Position numbers and translations under genes: made by a program
Shown here: piece after piece, positions 37,742 through 47,110 of the stretch
Numbering within the stretch: position 1 is the stretch's first letter
How the letters are laid out: every line of letters starts with the position of its first letter
From: Bacteroidales bacterium
GTDB taxonomy: Bacteria > Bacteroidota > Bacteroidia > Bacteroidales > WCHB1-69
Length of the DNA stretch: 64,000 nt
Assembly: GCA_045222555.1 (NCBI GenBank)
Contig: JBGUYY010000091.1
Location: forward strand, 11,598-75,597
Direction: 5' to 3'
Notes under the pieces: model-generated
What the model was told of the DNA's origin: nothing
Databases searched by the model: none
Seen by the model: the letters and a program-made list of their open reading frames with translations, nothing else

Positions 37742-38341
37742 ATGTATAGGGAAACCAAAGTTAATCGCAATATCAACAGAGGATGGATTGAAGTGGTGTG
37801 CGGGTCGATGTTTTCGGGAAAAACGGAGGAATTGTTGCGACGCATCAAGCGGGCCAACTTCGCCAACCAGAAAATCGAGCTCTTCAAGCCCGCCATTGAT
37901 GTCCGCTACGACGAGGAGGAGGTGGTGTCGCACGACTCCAACTCCATGATCTCGACGCCGGTGCACAACTCGGCTGAAATCCTCCTGTATGTGAACATTG
38001 AGGGGGTGGAGGTGGTGGGCATTGACGAGGTGCAGTTCTTTGATGATGGTATTGTGGAGGTTTGTAATAAATTGGCTGACAGTGGAATACGGGTTATTGT
38101 GGCGGGTTTGGATATGGATTATTTGGGAAAGCCTTTCGCCTGTATGCCGAAGCTGATGGCCATTGCCGAGTACGTCACCAAGACGCACGCCATCTGTGTG
38201 AAGTGCGGCGAGCAGGCCCAGTTCTCGCACCGTCTGGTGGCCAACTCGCAGCAGGTGCTGTTGGGCGAGAAAGACAGCTATGAACCGCTTTGCCGACACT
38301 GTTTCAACGAGGTGAGGGAGGCGGAAAAGCAAGAACATTAA
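37742..38341 (+). CDS. tdk: Thymidine kinase
   Basis: P-loop GSMFSGKT. C-terminal zinc ribbon CVKCG...CRHC. A TAAATTTG box lies at 37679-37686. Confidence 0.92.
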   Translation: MYRETKVNRNINRGWIEVVCGSMFSGKTEELLRRIKRANFANQKIELFKPAIDVRYDEEEVVSHDSNSMISTPVHNSAEILLYVNIEGVEVVGIDEVQFFDDGIVEVCNKLADSGIRVIVAGLDMDYLGKPFACMPKLMAIAEYVTKTHAICVKCGEQAQFSHRLVANSQQVLLGEKDSYEPLCRHCFNEVREAEKQEH

Positions 38342-38431
38342 AACATTTTCATTCATTTTTTCATTAATTCAAAAATAATTTGTATCTTTGCCGCGCAAAT
38401 TGCGCATTATAAAATACTTAAAATAAAAGTT

Positions 38432-38656
38432 ATGAAAAAATGCCTTGTGAGTGCCGCTATCCTGCTTTTTGCGGCCGTTCTGCTCTCTTCCTGCGAGAAG
38501 AATTGCTTATGCAAAACTACCCGCGTCACCGCCACCACCAACGAGTCCCGCACCGATGATATGGGCAAGATGTCGGAGAAAAAATGCCTCGAGTACAACG
38601 GCACTGTCAATGATGGCGAAGGCGTGGTGCGCACCATTGATTGTCATCTCGATTAA
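38432..38656 (+). CDS. Small Cys-motif lipoprotein (paralog A)
   Basis: Lipobox LLSSC followed by EKNCLCK, a later KKCLEY, and a C-terminal C. Confidence 0.55.
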   Translation: MKKCLVSAAILLFAAVLLSSCEKNCLCKTTRVTATTNESRTDDMGKMSEKKCLEYNGTVNDGEGVVRTIDCHLD

Positions 38657-38688
38657 TAATTGAAAATTAAAAACTTAAATATTGTATC

Positions 38689-38997
38689 ATGAAAAAAGTT
38701 CTTTGTATTTGCTTTGCTTTGGCTTTCGTAGTTGCTATGATTTCATGCCAAAAAGAGTGCGTTTGCAAAAAAAGTGTCAGCCAGCTGGAAAACACCGACA
38801 CCACTGCTGTTGTTGACAGCACCAATGTTGACAGCACGGCTACCATCACCACCGACAATTCCGCTACTATGGACTCCATCATGCTGAATGCTCACCATAT
38901 CTATGACAAGCGTGAATGTGAGTACCTGAACATCGCCGACACTACTGTCAACACGGTGACCACCCTCACCTGCACGATGCAGAAAAAAGAGAAATAA
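38689..38997 (+). CDS. Small Cys-motif lipoprotein (paralog B)
   Basis: Lipobox AMISC followed by QKECVCK, a later RECEY, and a C-terminal LTC. Confidence 0.55.
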   Translation: MKKVLCICFALAFVVAMISCQKECVCKKSVSQLENTDTTAVVDSTNVDSTATITTDNSATMDSIMLNAHHIYDKRECEYLNIADTTVNTVTTLTCTMQKKEK

Positions 38998-39015
38998 AAT
39001 TTGCTAAACCGTATA

Positions 39016-39046
39016 AAGGCCGTCTGCTTCAGATGGCCTTTTTTTT
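39016..39046 (+). terminator. Rho-independent terminator after the lipoprotein pair
   Basis: Stem AAGGCCGTCT / AGATGGCCTT (one G-U pair) with loop GCTTC, followed by a T-run. Confidence 0.65.
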
Positions 39047-39055
39047 CATATTGCC

Positions 39056-39595
39056 ATGAGTGATTTTAAAGATCAGGACAATCTTGTCCGCTCCAAATCC
39101 GTGCTGGAGGTCTTTGCCATTGCCTCCGAGTTCTGTATGTTTGTAGATAAAATCGAGCAGGCCGAGCCCGACAAAGCCCTGCTTTTTCTGCAGAGCATCC
39201 TGCCCGCGCTCTACCTCAAGGGGTCGATGCTGCCGGAGGTGGAGGTGCAGGACGACTCCGCCAGCGAGCGTTTCGTGACCGAGGAGGAGTACGAGACCCT
39301 GCGCTACCGCCTCGCCAAGTACTTCGACACCCGCGACTACTTCTCCACCGTGGACCTCAGCGACGGCAGCATCGAGTCGGTACCCACCTCGTTGTCGGAA
39401 CTGCTGGCCGACATCTACACCGACCTGAAGGATTTCCTCATCCTGTACGCCAAGGAGAATCCCAGCGCGAAAGAGAATGCCGTGGCCGCCTGCCACTACT
39501 ACTATCATGCAGGCTGGGGCAGCCGCATCGTCACTGCCCTCCCGCAGATCCATCACCTTGTGGCCGCCGCCGCGATTCCGGAAGAGGAGGTGTAA
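39056..39595 (+). CDS. Conserved hypothetical cytoplasmic protein (DUF5063-like)
   Basis: Clear coding frame. The family assignment is from memory of the N-terminal pattern only. Confidence 0.5.
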   Translation: MSDFKDQDNLVRSKSVLEVFAIASEFCMFVDKIEQAEPDKALLFLQSILPALYLKGSMLPEVEVQDDSASERFVTEEEYETLRYRLAKYFDTRDYFSTVDLSDGSIESVPTSLSELLADIYTDLKDFLILYAKENPSAKENAVAACHYYYHAGWGSRIVTALPQIHHLVAAAAIPEEEV

Positions 39596-39668
39596 CCCCT
39601 ATCCCATCCTCCGCAAATCATCCTCCTTTATTCTTGCAATTTTGCTTTTTAATTTTCAATTTATTTCG

Positions 39669-39676
39669 TAACTTTG
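39669..39676 (+). promoter_or_regulatory. -7 box TAACTTTG for pgk
   Basis: Matches TAnnTTTG. Confidence 0.45.
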
Positions 39677-39716
39677 CCGCGTTATTCTTGAAAATTAATC
39701 ATAAAAAATATTCATC

Positions 39717-40913
39717 ATGAAATCCATCGATTTGGCTCCCTTAAAGGGAAAGAAAGTATTGGTTAGAGTGGACTATAATGTCCCGCTGAATGAACAATTA
39801 GAGGTGACCGATACCACCCGTATCGTGCGCACCATCGCCACGGTGAAGAAGATCCAGGACGAGGGCGGCATCGCCATCCTTATGTCGCATCTGGGCCGTC
39901 CGAAAGGTGAGGCTTCCGACAAGTTCTCTCTGAAACATATCGTCAGCAAGGCCTCCGAGGTACTCGGCACGCCCGTGCAGTTCCTCGGCGATGTGCTCGA
40001 CGCTGACGTGGAAAAGAAGGTGGCTGCCCTGAAACCCGGCGAGGTGGCCCTGCTCGAAAACCTGCGCTTCCATGCTGAGGAAGAGGCCGGCGACGAGAAT
40101 TTCGCCCGCCAGATTGCCCGTCTCGGCGACCTGTACGTCAACGACGCCTTCGGCACCGCCCACCGCGCACACGCCTCCACCGCCACCATCACGAAGTTCT
40201 TCCCCGGCCAGTGCTACGCCGGCTACCTGCTCTATGAGGAGGCTTCCAACCTCGACATGGTGCTTAACAATGCCGGTCATCCCTTCACGGCCATCATCGG
40301 CGGCAGCAAGGTGTCGTCCAAACTCAAAATCATCACCCACCTGCTCGACAAAGTCGATAACCTCATCATCGCCGGCGGCATGAGCTACACCTTCCTTCAC
40401 GCCATGGGTGTCAAAATCGGCAACTCGCTGCTGGAAGAGGATATGATTCCCGTAGCCAAGGACATCATCAACCACGCGCACCTCAAGGGGGTGGACATCT
40501 ATCTGCCCATCGACAACATCTGCGCCGACAAGTTCGACAACAATGCCAACCAATACATCACCACCCATAACGACATTCCTGAAGGCTGGGAGGGTATGGA
40601 CATCGGCCCCCGCACTATCCGCAAGTTTGCGGCCATCATCAAGAATGCCAACACCATCCTGTGGAACGGTCCGGTAGGTGTGTACGAGTTCCCGAACTTC
40701 GAGAAGGGGACCCAGTCGGTGGCACTGTGTGTGGCCGTGGCCACCCTGTCGGGCGCATTCTCCCTCATCGGTGGTGGCGACTCCATCGCAGCCGTCAACA
40801 ACTACCATCTCGCCAACCAGGTGTCGTACATCAGCACTGGCGGTGGCGCTATGCTCGAGTACCTTGAGGGTCGCGAACTTCCTGGCATTAAGGCGCTCAA
40901 CGAAGACCGCTAA
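39717..40913 (+). CDS. pgk: Phosphoglycerate kinase
   Basis: VRVDYNVP, MSHLGRPKG, YISTGGGAMLEYLEG. Confidence 0.93.
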   Translation: MKSIDLAPLKGKKVLVRVDYNVPLNEQLEVTDTTRIVRTIATVKKIQDEGGIAILMSHLGRPKGEASDKFSLKHIVSKASEVLGTPVQFLGDVLDADVEKKVAALKPGEVALLENLRFHAEEEAGDENFARQIARLGDLYVNDAFGTAHRAHASTATITKFFPGQCYAGYLLYEEASNLDMVLNNAGHPFTAIIGGSKVSSKLKIITHLLDKVDNLIIAGGMSYTFLHAMGVKIGNSLLEEDMIPVAKDIINHAHLKGVDIYLPIDNICADKFDNNANQYITTHNDIPEGWEGMDIGPRTIRKFAAIIKNANTILWNGPVGVYEFPNFEKGTQSVALCVAVATLSGAFSLIGGGDSIAAVNNYHLANQVSYISTGGGAMLEYLEGRELPGIKALNEDR

Positions 40914-40955
40914 TTCTTTTATCAATATTGTTATTCACCCCTAATCAATAAAATT

Positions 40956-41330
40956 ATGGAAAACGATCCGAACATCCAACCTGAACAACCGCAGTATAGT
41001 TATCCGCCCCAGCAGCAATACAACTATCCTCAGCAGCAGTATAACTATCCTTATCCGATGCAGGCTCCCGATTTTCTCCCCATGGCCATTACTGCTCTTG
41101 TATTGGCTGAGATTCCGGTGGCCAGCATTGTGGCTATCATTTTGGGATCGAAAAACAAAAGAAGAATCCAGAACTATCTCGCAGAAGGTGGTCAGAGAAC
41201 AGCCAAGGTAAGAGTCAGCTCTATCTTGAGCACGGTAGGTCTCTGGTTGGGCGTCGGTATGACTATTTTCTACGCAGTTTATTTCTTCTACCTCTTTGCG
41301 ATATTTGCAGTAACGATGTCAGAGTTTTAA
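40956..41330 (+). CDS. Small membrane protein with a Gln/Pro/Tyr-rich N-terminus (DUF4190-like)
   Basis: QPQYSYPPQQQYNYPQQQYNYPYP followed by two TM helices. Confidence 0.5.
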   Translation: MENDPNIQPEQPQYSYPPQQQYNYPQQQYNYPYPMQAPDFLPMAITALVLAEIPVASIVAIILGSKNKRRIQNYLAEGGQRTAKVRVSSILSTVGLWLGVGMTIFYAVYFFYLFAIFAVTMSEF

Positions 41331-41343
41331 GCTCGAAGCGAGG

Positions 41344-42780
41344 TTAGGAGGCTTTTTCCTGCTCACGATGCCGCAACACTACGTTCACCTGCGGGTATTT
41401 TGCTCGCAGGTGGTCGGCAACGCTTTGGGCGAAATATACCGACCGGTGCTGTCCGCCCGTACAGCCGCAGCTGACGCACAGGTGCGTGAACTGCCGCTCC
41501 AAGTAGTTGTCCACGCTCATATCCACGATGGCAAACAGGTGCTGCTTGAATTCCGCCACCTCAGGATATTTCTCTAAGTACTCGATTACACAAGCATCCC
41601 TGCCCGTGAAGGTGCGGTAGGCTTTCTCGCGCCCCGGGTTGGGTAATGCCCGGCAGTCGAACACAAAGCCGCCTCCGTTGTCGGAGTCATCCTCGGGAAT
41701 GCCTTTCTTGAAAGAGAAGCTGTTCACCACTACCGTCAGTTTGCCATCCTCGCTCTTTTCGGGGGTCCACTGCCGTGCCGTGATGGCTTTCATCACCTTC
41801 TCTAATTCTGGAATATCAATCTTAATCTTTTTATTTTCAATTAAATAGCGAATGTTTTCTACCGCCGGCGGGATGCTTTGCAGGAAGTGACTTTTCCGCT
41901 CGAAGTAGCCGCGGTAGCCGTAGGCTCCCAGCACCTGCAACGCTCGAATCAGCACGAATCCGTAATAGCGCTGCCGGAAATCTTCCGCGTCAACGGACAA
42001 CTGTTTCTGAAGTTCCTCCAAGTAGTATTCCAACAGCGCTTCGCGCAACTGTTCCGACAAGCCTGCCCGCGCCTGAAAGAGCAACGAGGCGACATCATAT
42101 TGCAAAGCGCCTTTTCTTCCTCCTTGATAATCAATAAAATACACATCTCCATCTTTGAGCATAATGTTCCTCGACTGAAAATCTCGGAACAGGAAAAAGT
42201 TGGAGGGCGTCTCCTCAAGGTAGTCCATCAGCGTTTGGAAGTCGTTTTCCAGCAGCTGTTCATCAAAGGGAATGTAGGTCAGTTTGAGGAAGAAATATTT
42301 GAAATAGTTGAGGTCCCACTGCATCGACTGGCGGTCGAAGGCCTCGCGGGGGTAGCACACCGAGAAGTCGAAATTCTTGCGGCCGCACAGTTGTATGCGC
42401 ACCAGCTCGCGCAACGCCGCCTTGAAGTAGTTCACCACATCGTCCGGCAGCTCGCCGCCGCACTCCTCTTTCCGGCGCGACAGGTAGCTGAACAGCGTCT
42501 CGTCGCCGAGGTCGGAGAGCAGGTAGTACTGCCGGTCGTCGCTCACCGTCAGAAGCTGCGGCACGTTGATGCCTTCGCGGTAGAAGAATTCGGTGAAGGT
42601 GAAAAACGCCTCGTTCTCTTTCACATCGTCGTTGTAAACCCCCATCAGGGTGGTGCCGTCCGACAAGAACAGGCGGGTGTATATGCGGTGCGAGCCCGAC
42701 TGCGCAATGCGCTCGCTGTGGGTGATGGTCGCGGAGGTATAATGACCTACTAAATTATTGAATCGGGAGGAATCGAACAT
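41344..42780 (-). CDS. Fusion protein: APH-type (AmgK-like) phosphotransferase domain plus RapZ C-terminal domain
   Basis: ATG at 42780 (MFDSSRFNN...). Kinase motifs are GSHRIYTRLFL, LLSDLGDETLF, FRDFQSRNIML and FIDYQGG. The C-terminal FDCRALPNPG...CGCTGGQHRSVYFAQSVADHL is colinear with the E. coli RapZ C-terminus. Confidence 0.8.
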   Translation of the reverse strand: MFDSSRFNNLVGHYTSATITHSERIAQSGSHRIYTRLFLSDGTTLMGVYNDDVKENEAFFTFTEFFYREGINVPQLLTVSDDRQYYLLSDLGDETLFSYLSRRKEECGGELPDDVVNYFKAALRELVRIQLCGRKNFDFSVCYPREAFDRQSMQWDLNYFKYFFLKLTYIPFDEQLLENDFQTLMDYLEETPSNFFLFRDFQSRNIMLKDGDVYFIDYQGGRKGALQYDVASLLFQARAGLSEQLREALLEYYLEELQKQLSVDAEDFRQRYYGFVLIRALQVLGAYGYRGYFERKSHFLQSIPPAVENIRYLIENKKIKIDIPELEKVMKAITARQWTPEKSEDGKLTVVVNSFSFKKGIPEDDSDNGGGFVFDCRALPNPGREKAYRTFTGRDACVIEYLEKYPEVAEFKQHLFAIVDMSVDNYLERQFTHLCVSCGCTGGQHRSVYFAQSVADHLRAKYPQVNVVLRHREQEKAS

Positions 42781-42802
42781 GATGATAATCAATAGGTTGA
42801 TA

Positions 42803-43888
42803 TTAAAAATTACGCCCCATGTCGGCAATCTCATCGTCGCTCAGACCGTACAGGATTTTGCCGGCTTGCAGACAGTTGTTGAAGGTCTCGGTGTCGCGCA
42901 GCCGTTTGTAGCAAACCAGCTCGCCGGTCCAGATGTCCCAGATGTAATCCATACCCTGTTTGGCAGTATTGTAGGCGGAAAGGGCTTCCTTATATTGCTT
43001 GGCATTGGTCAGCGCCTTGGCATACAGCACCCAGTAGATGGGATCGTCGCCGGTGTAGTCGATGAGCTGCGAGATGTGCTGCATGGTGGCCTCCGCATTG
43101 CCGATACGGATGTCATGGCACAGCTGATGGTAGAGGTTGAACCGCTTGTCGGCGCCAAGGGCTTCGAGGTCGCCGGCGAAGTCGGTCGAGCATTCGTGCA
43201 GACCAATGGTGTAAAATTTGTAGAAGCTGGTGAACTGCTGCAGGTTAGCCCTCTGCTCGTTGAGCAGTTTCCACATTTTGCCATATTCGCCGTTGGCGCA
43301 AAGGGCCGTGGCCATAATCATGTTGCGGGCATCTTCGGTGGGATTGTCAATGGTCATGAAGACATTGAGCGTGCTTTCAGACGCGATTTTGTCGGACAGG
43401 TTGGAGGTGATGGAGTAGAGGAAGGCATCTTGGATGAGCGCTTTCCCGTTTTTATATCCTATCAGCAAATCCTCGAACTGGAAGTTGCCGTTGCCATCGT
43501 AGGTGCGCAGCACAACGTGGTGCTGGCCGTCCTTCACGTAGGTGGTGTCGAAGCGGAAGTTGCCGCCACTCTCTTCAATGTCGCAAAGGTAGTCGCCGAA
43601 ACTGCAGTTGCCGTAGAAAATTTCCATACCCGCACCAATGTCGAGGGCAGAACCTTTCTTCTCCACCGCCGCTTTCAGCGCGACCGTGTCAACGGCGTTG
43701 TTGAGGAAATCGGCCTTGCCATCGCGGACACTTTTTTCTGCCTGTTGGATGAAATCCTTCACTGCTTTGGTCATTTCGGCTTCTGTCAGGGTATGCTTCT
43801 TTTCCGACTGTTCTTTCTTTTTGCACGAAACGCCTACAAGAGCCAGGCATAATACGCAGGTGAGAATGAGGGTGATTTTTTTATACAT
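42803..43888 (-). CDS. Hypothetical lipoprotein with a TPR-like C-terminal part
   Basis: Lipobox LVGVSC. The opposite-strand 364-aa ORF has antisense-type V/G-rich composition. Confidence 0.65.
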   Translation of the reverse strand: MYKKITLILTCVLCLALVGVSCKKKEQSEKKHTLTEAEMTKAVKDFIQQAEKSVRDGKADFLNNAVDTVALKAAVEKKGSALDIGAGMEIFYGNCSFGDYLCDIEESGGNFRFDTTYVKDGQHHVVLRTYDGNGNFQFEDLLIGYKNGKALIQDAFLYSITSNLSDKIASESTLNVFMTIDNPTEDARNMIMATALCANGEYGKMWKLLNEQRANLQQFTSFYKFYTIGLHECSTDFAGDLEALGADKRFNLYHQLCHDIRIGNAEATMQHISQLIDYTGDDPIYWVLYAKALTNAKQYKEALSAYNTAKQGMDYIWDIWTGELVCYKRLRDTETFNNCLQAGKILYGLSDDEIADMGRNF

Positions 43889-43941
43889 AATGTGGACGCA
43901 AGATGTGATTATTAAATTATAATGAAATAGTGGGTGAAATA

Positions 43942-45174
43942 TTATTTTCCGCTATAAATTAATGATGAAAATTGGTCGGGGATGAAGATGCGGTTGGCGG
44001 CCTCCAAAATCTCATCGGCGGTGATGGCCTCCACCTTCTGGAACGAACTTTCGGTGGTCTCCACCTCGTTGAAAAACAGCGCACTACGCCCGATGGAGAG
44101 CATCTCGTTGAGTTTGGCCTCGTTGGTGATGGCCAGCTGTCCGATGAACTGCTTCTGTGCGGTGTGCAACTGTATGGTGCCCAATTTTTGGGTGCAGAGT
44201 TTTTGCAATTCTTTATAAGTCAAATCAATACATCTTTCCACCTCCTCTTTGTCGCAGCCGATATATACGGTGAAAAGACCGCTGTCGGTAAAAGGCGAGT
44301 AGTTGGCCTCCACCGTGTAGGCGAGGCCCCGTCGCTCGCGGATGCTTACGTTGAGGCGGGCGCTGCTGGCCTGTCCGCCCAGCAGGTTGGTGAGCAGCGT
44401 CAGGGGCAGTCGGCCCTCCTCCTGGAACGAGAAGGCGGTGTTGCACAGCATCACATGCGACTGTGTGGTGTTCTTGTGCTTCACCAGGTGGGTAGGGGAG
44501 TAGTGGCTGAATGGCGAGCGGCTGTTGGCGCACTGGGCGGCGATGGGCTGGTTGAAATATTGGTTACAATATTTTAAAAAGGAGGAATGCGAAAGATTTC
44601 CCACCGAGGCCACCACGATATGGTCGGCGGTGTACTGGCTTTTCACGAAGTTGAGAATGTCCTGCCGTCCGATGCGTTTGAGCGACTGCTTGCTGCCCAG
44701 GATGTTGCGCCCGAGGGGATGCCCGGCGAAAGCCATCTCTTCAATCTCGTCGAAGATGAGTTCGGCGGGCGTGTCCTTGTAGTAGTTGATCTCTTCCAGC
44801 ACCACATCTTTCTCTTTAATGATTTCTTTTTCAGGGAAGGTGGAATGGAAGAGGATGTCGGCGAGGATTTCGAAGGCGTGGCGGTACTCTGCCGACAGGA
44901 AGGAGGCGTGAAAGCAGGTCTCCTCTTTGGCGGTGCTGGCGTTGAGTTCGCCGCCGGCATTTTCGATGCGCTTGGTGAGCTGGTAACTGTTGCGGTGTGT
45001 GGTGCCCTTGAAGAGGGTGTGCTCCACAAAGTGGGCGATGCCGTTCAGGTTGTCGGCTTCGTCGCGGGTGCCGGCATTGATGATGACGCCGAGATGCGAG
45101 ATGGGCGACGCCACCGCCTCGTGGATCACGCGGATGCCGTTGGCTAAAGTGTAGATGGAAAGGTTTTCAGACAT
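43942..45174 (-). CDS. M16 (pitrilysin) family zinc peptidase
   Basis: HxxEH motif in GIAHFVEHTLFKGT. Confidence 0.85.
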   Translation of the reverse strand: MSENLSIYTLANGIRVIHEAVASPISHLGVIINAGTRDEADNLNGIAHFVEHTLFKGTTHRNSYQLTKRIENAGGELNASTAKEETCFHASFLSAEYRHAFEILADILFHSTFPEKEIIKEKDVVLEEINYYKDTPAELIFDEIEEMAFAGHPLGRNILGSKQSLKRIGRQDILNFVKSQYTADHIVVASVGNLSHSSFLKYCNQYFNQPIAAQCANSRSPFSHYSPTHLVKHKNTTQSHVMLCNTAFSFQEEGRLPLTLLTNLLGGQASSARLNVSIRERRGLAYTVEANYSPFTDSGLFTVYIGCDKEEVERCIDLTYKELQKLCTQKLGTIQLHTAQKQFIGQLAITNEAKLNEMLSIGRSALFFNEVETTESSFQKVEAITADEILEAANRIFIPDQFSSLIYSGK

Positions 45175-45264
45175 AGAGATAAAAAGAAGAAGTTAAGGAG
45201 GAAGCAGCCAGTGAACCAACTTCTTCTCCCCTTAACTTCTTGAATATCATTAAACTGTTGTCAG

Positions 45265-46884
45265 TTATTCAGCTTTCTTGATATTGGGTTCTTCCAGACC
45301 GAGATGTTGTTTCTTATCAACAGCTTTGAGTACGATACCCAAAATGAGGGCTGCAACACCGAGTCCTGCGAACATAGCAAGCGGAACTTTGTGGTCAAGT
45401 TCGGTGGCAGCAGTGCCCGGTGCGTTGGTCATATCAAGCATTTTACCATAAAGCAACGGGAACAGCCATAAGCCGATGTTCTGGATCCAGAAGATAAGGG
45501 CGTAGGCTGAACCGATGATTTTTTCATCCACCAGCTTCGGCACGCTCGGCCAGAGGGCGGCGGGCACCAAGGAGAAGGAGGCACCCAACACGAGGATGGT
45601 AGCGTATGCTACGACAACACCTCCCACTGCGCTTCCTTTGAACATGGGCAGGATGAAGGCAAAGGTGAGATGGCAGAAGATGAGCAGCAAAGAACCAATC
45701 ATCAGCATAGATGCGGCCTTACCTTTGTGATCTACATAGTTGCCCAAAATAGGAGTGATGGCCACAGCCAACAGCGGGAATACGGCAAAGATGGAACCTG
45801 GGGTGCCAATCATGAAGCCCATCCAGCAGTAAACCACCAGTGCTACAGCAGCGATGGCCATCAGGCCATACTTCAAACCTTTATTCTTGGAGAAGTTGCT
45901 GGTGAAGGAGCAAGCAGCCACCACCAACATGATGACATACTGAATGATGGTAACGGCTGAGCCACTCCAGAAACCACCGTGAGGAGTAAGCGTGAGGTTG
46001 CATTGCAGCACGTTTACAGCATATTTTTGGAAGGGGAAGATGGCGCTGTAGTAAAGCACGCACAGCAGAGCAACCAACCAGAAACCACCAGAAGAAAGGA
46101 TTTTACCAATGTCAGAGATTTTGAAAGGATCGTCTTTCTCTTCGGCTTCACCGGTCTGAGCATCCAATTTCTTATCCATGAAGAAATAAACGATGAACAT
46201 CATGAGGGCGATGCAGAGCAGCACCACGCCGAACTTCACGGCATTGTCAACATGCACTTCGCCGCCAAGGTTGGCGAAGAAGGGGGAGAAAATCATACAG
46301 GTGGCGACACCCAGACGGGCGAGGGCCATCTCAGAGCCCATGGCCAAAGCGGTTTCACGACCTTTGAACCATTTCACGATACCACGGCTTACGGTGATAC
46401 CGGCCATTTCCACGCCACATCCAAAAATCATAAAGCCGATGGCGGCCAATTTTGCAGATGCGGGCATTCCTTCATAGAAAGGTGCCACACCAATCTCTTG
46501 GAAACCGGGAATGTAGTTCAGATGTTCGGTGAACCAAACCTCCAAACCGCTACCGACAAATGCGTCCGACACAGCGTAGAATTTAATGATACCACCAATC
46601 AACATTACACCACCGGACAAAATAGCCGTGAAGCGCACACCCATCTTGTCGAGGATGATACCTGCGAAGATGAGGAAGAACACAAACACGTTAAGGAAGG
46701 TCTCTGCACCTTGCATGGTGCCGAAGGCCGTGGAATCCCAACCGCGTGTGGTCTGCATGAGGTCTTTGATGGGCGAGAGGATGTCCATGAAAATGTAAGA
46801 ACAGAACATGGCCAACGCCAACAGCAGCAAGGCTGTCCAGCGTATGCCCGCCTTGTCTCTTAATGTTGCAAGTTTTTCAGTCAT
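45265..46884 (-). CDS. MFS transporter
   Basis: About 12-14 predicted TM helices with MFS-like loop patterns. Confidence 0.8.
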   Translation of the reverse strand: MTEKLATLRDKAGIRWTALLLLALAMFCSYIFMDILSPIKDLMQTTRGWDSTAFGTMQGAETFLNVFVFFLIFAGIILDKMGVRFTAILSGGVMLIGGIIKFYAVSDAFVGSGLEVWFTEHLNYIPGFQEIGVAPFYEGMPASAKLAAIGFMIFGCGVEMAGITVSRGIVKWFKGRETALAMGSEMALARLGVATCMIFSPFFANLGGEVHVDNAVKFGVVLLCIALMMFIVYFFMDKKLDAQTGEAEEKDDPFKISDIGKILSSGGFWLVALLCVLYYSAIFPFQKYAVNVLQCNLTLTPHGGFWSGSAVTIIQYVIMLVVAACSFTSNFSKNKGLKYGLMAIAAVALVVYCWMGFMIGTPGSIFAVFPLLAVAITPILGNYVDHKGKAASMLMIGSLLLIFCHLTFAFILPMFKGSAVGGVVVAYATILVLGASFSLVPAALWPSVPKLVDEKIIGSAYALIFWIQNIGLWLFPLLYGKMLDMTNAPGTAATELDHKVPLAMFAGLGVAALILGIVLKAVDKKQHLGLEEPNIKKAE

Positions 46885-47041
46885 AGTTATTGATTTTTGT
46901 TAATAAATAAATTGTCAATTTTGGGCGCGCAAAAGTACGATTTTTTGTCGGATTATCATGCTATATTTTGCAAATTTTATCTTCTATAAAAAATTATGAA
47001 AAATAAAGATTTTGAGGATGTTGCACTTTCAATAAATTTTG

Positions 47042-47049
47042 TATATTTG
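47042..47049 (+). promoter_or_regulatory. -7 box TATATTTG for secDF
   Basis: Matches TAnnTTTG. Confidence 0.45.
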
Positions 47050-47110
47050 CAGGCTCAAAAATAATCTGAAAAAATATCATAAATAGTTAAAAATCAAATA
47101 AATAAGCTTT

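Noticed and set aside
42758-43852. 364-aa plus-strand ORF opposite the 361-aa lipoprotein gene.
   Set aside because: The minus-strand frame has a lipobox signal peptide and balanced composition. The plus-strand frame is a V/G/A-rich shadow.
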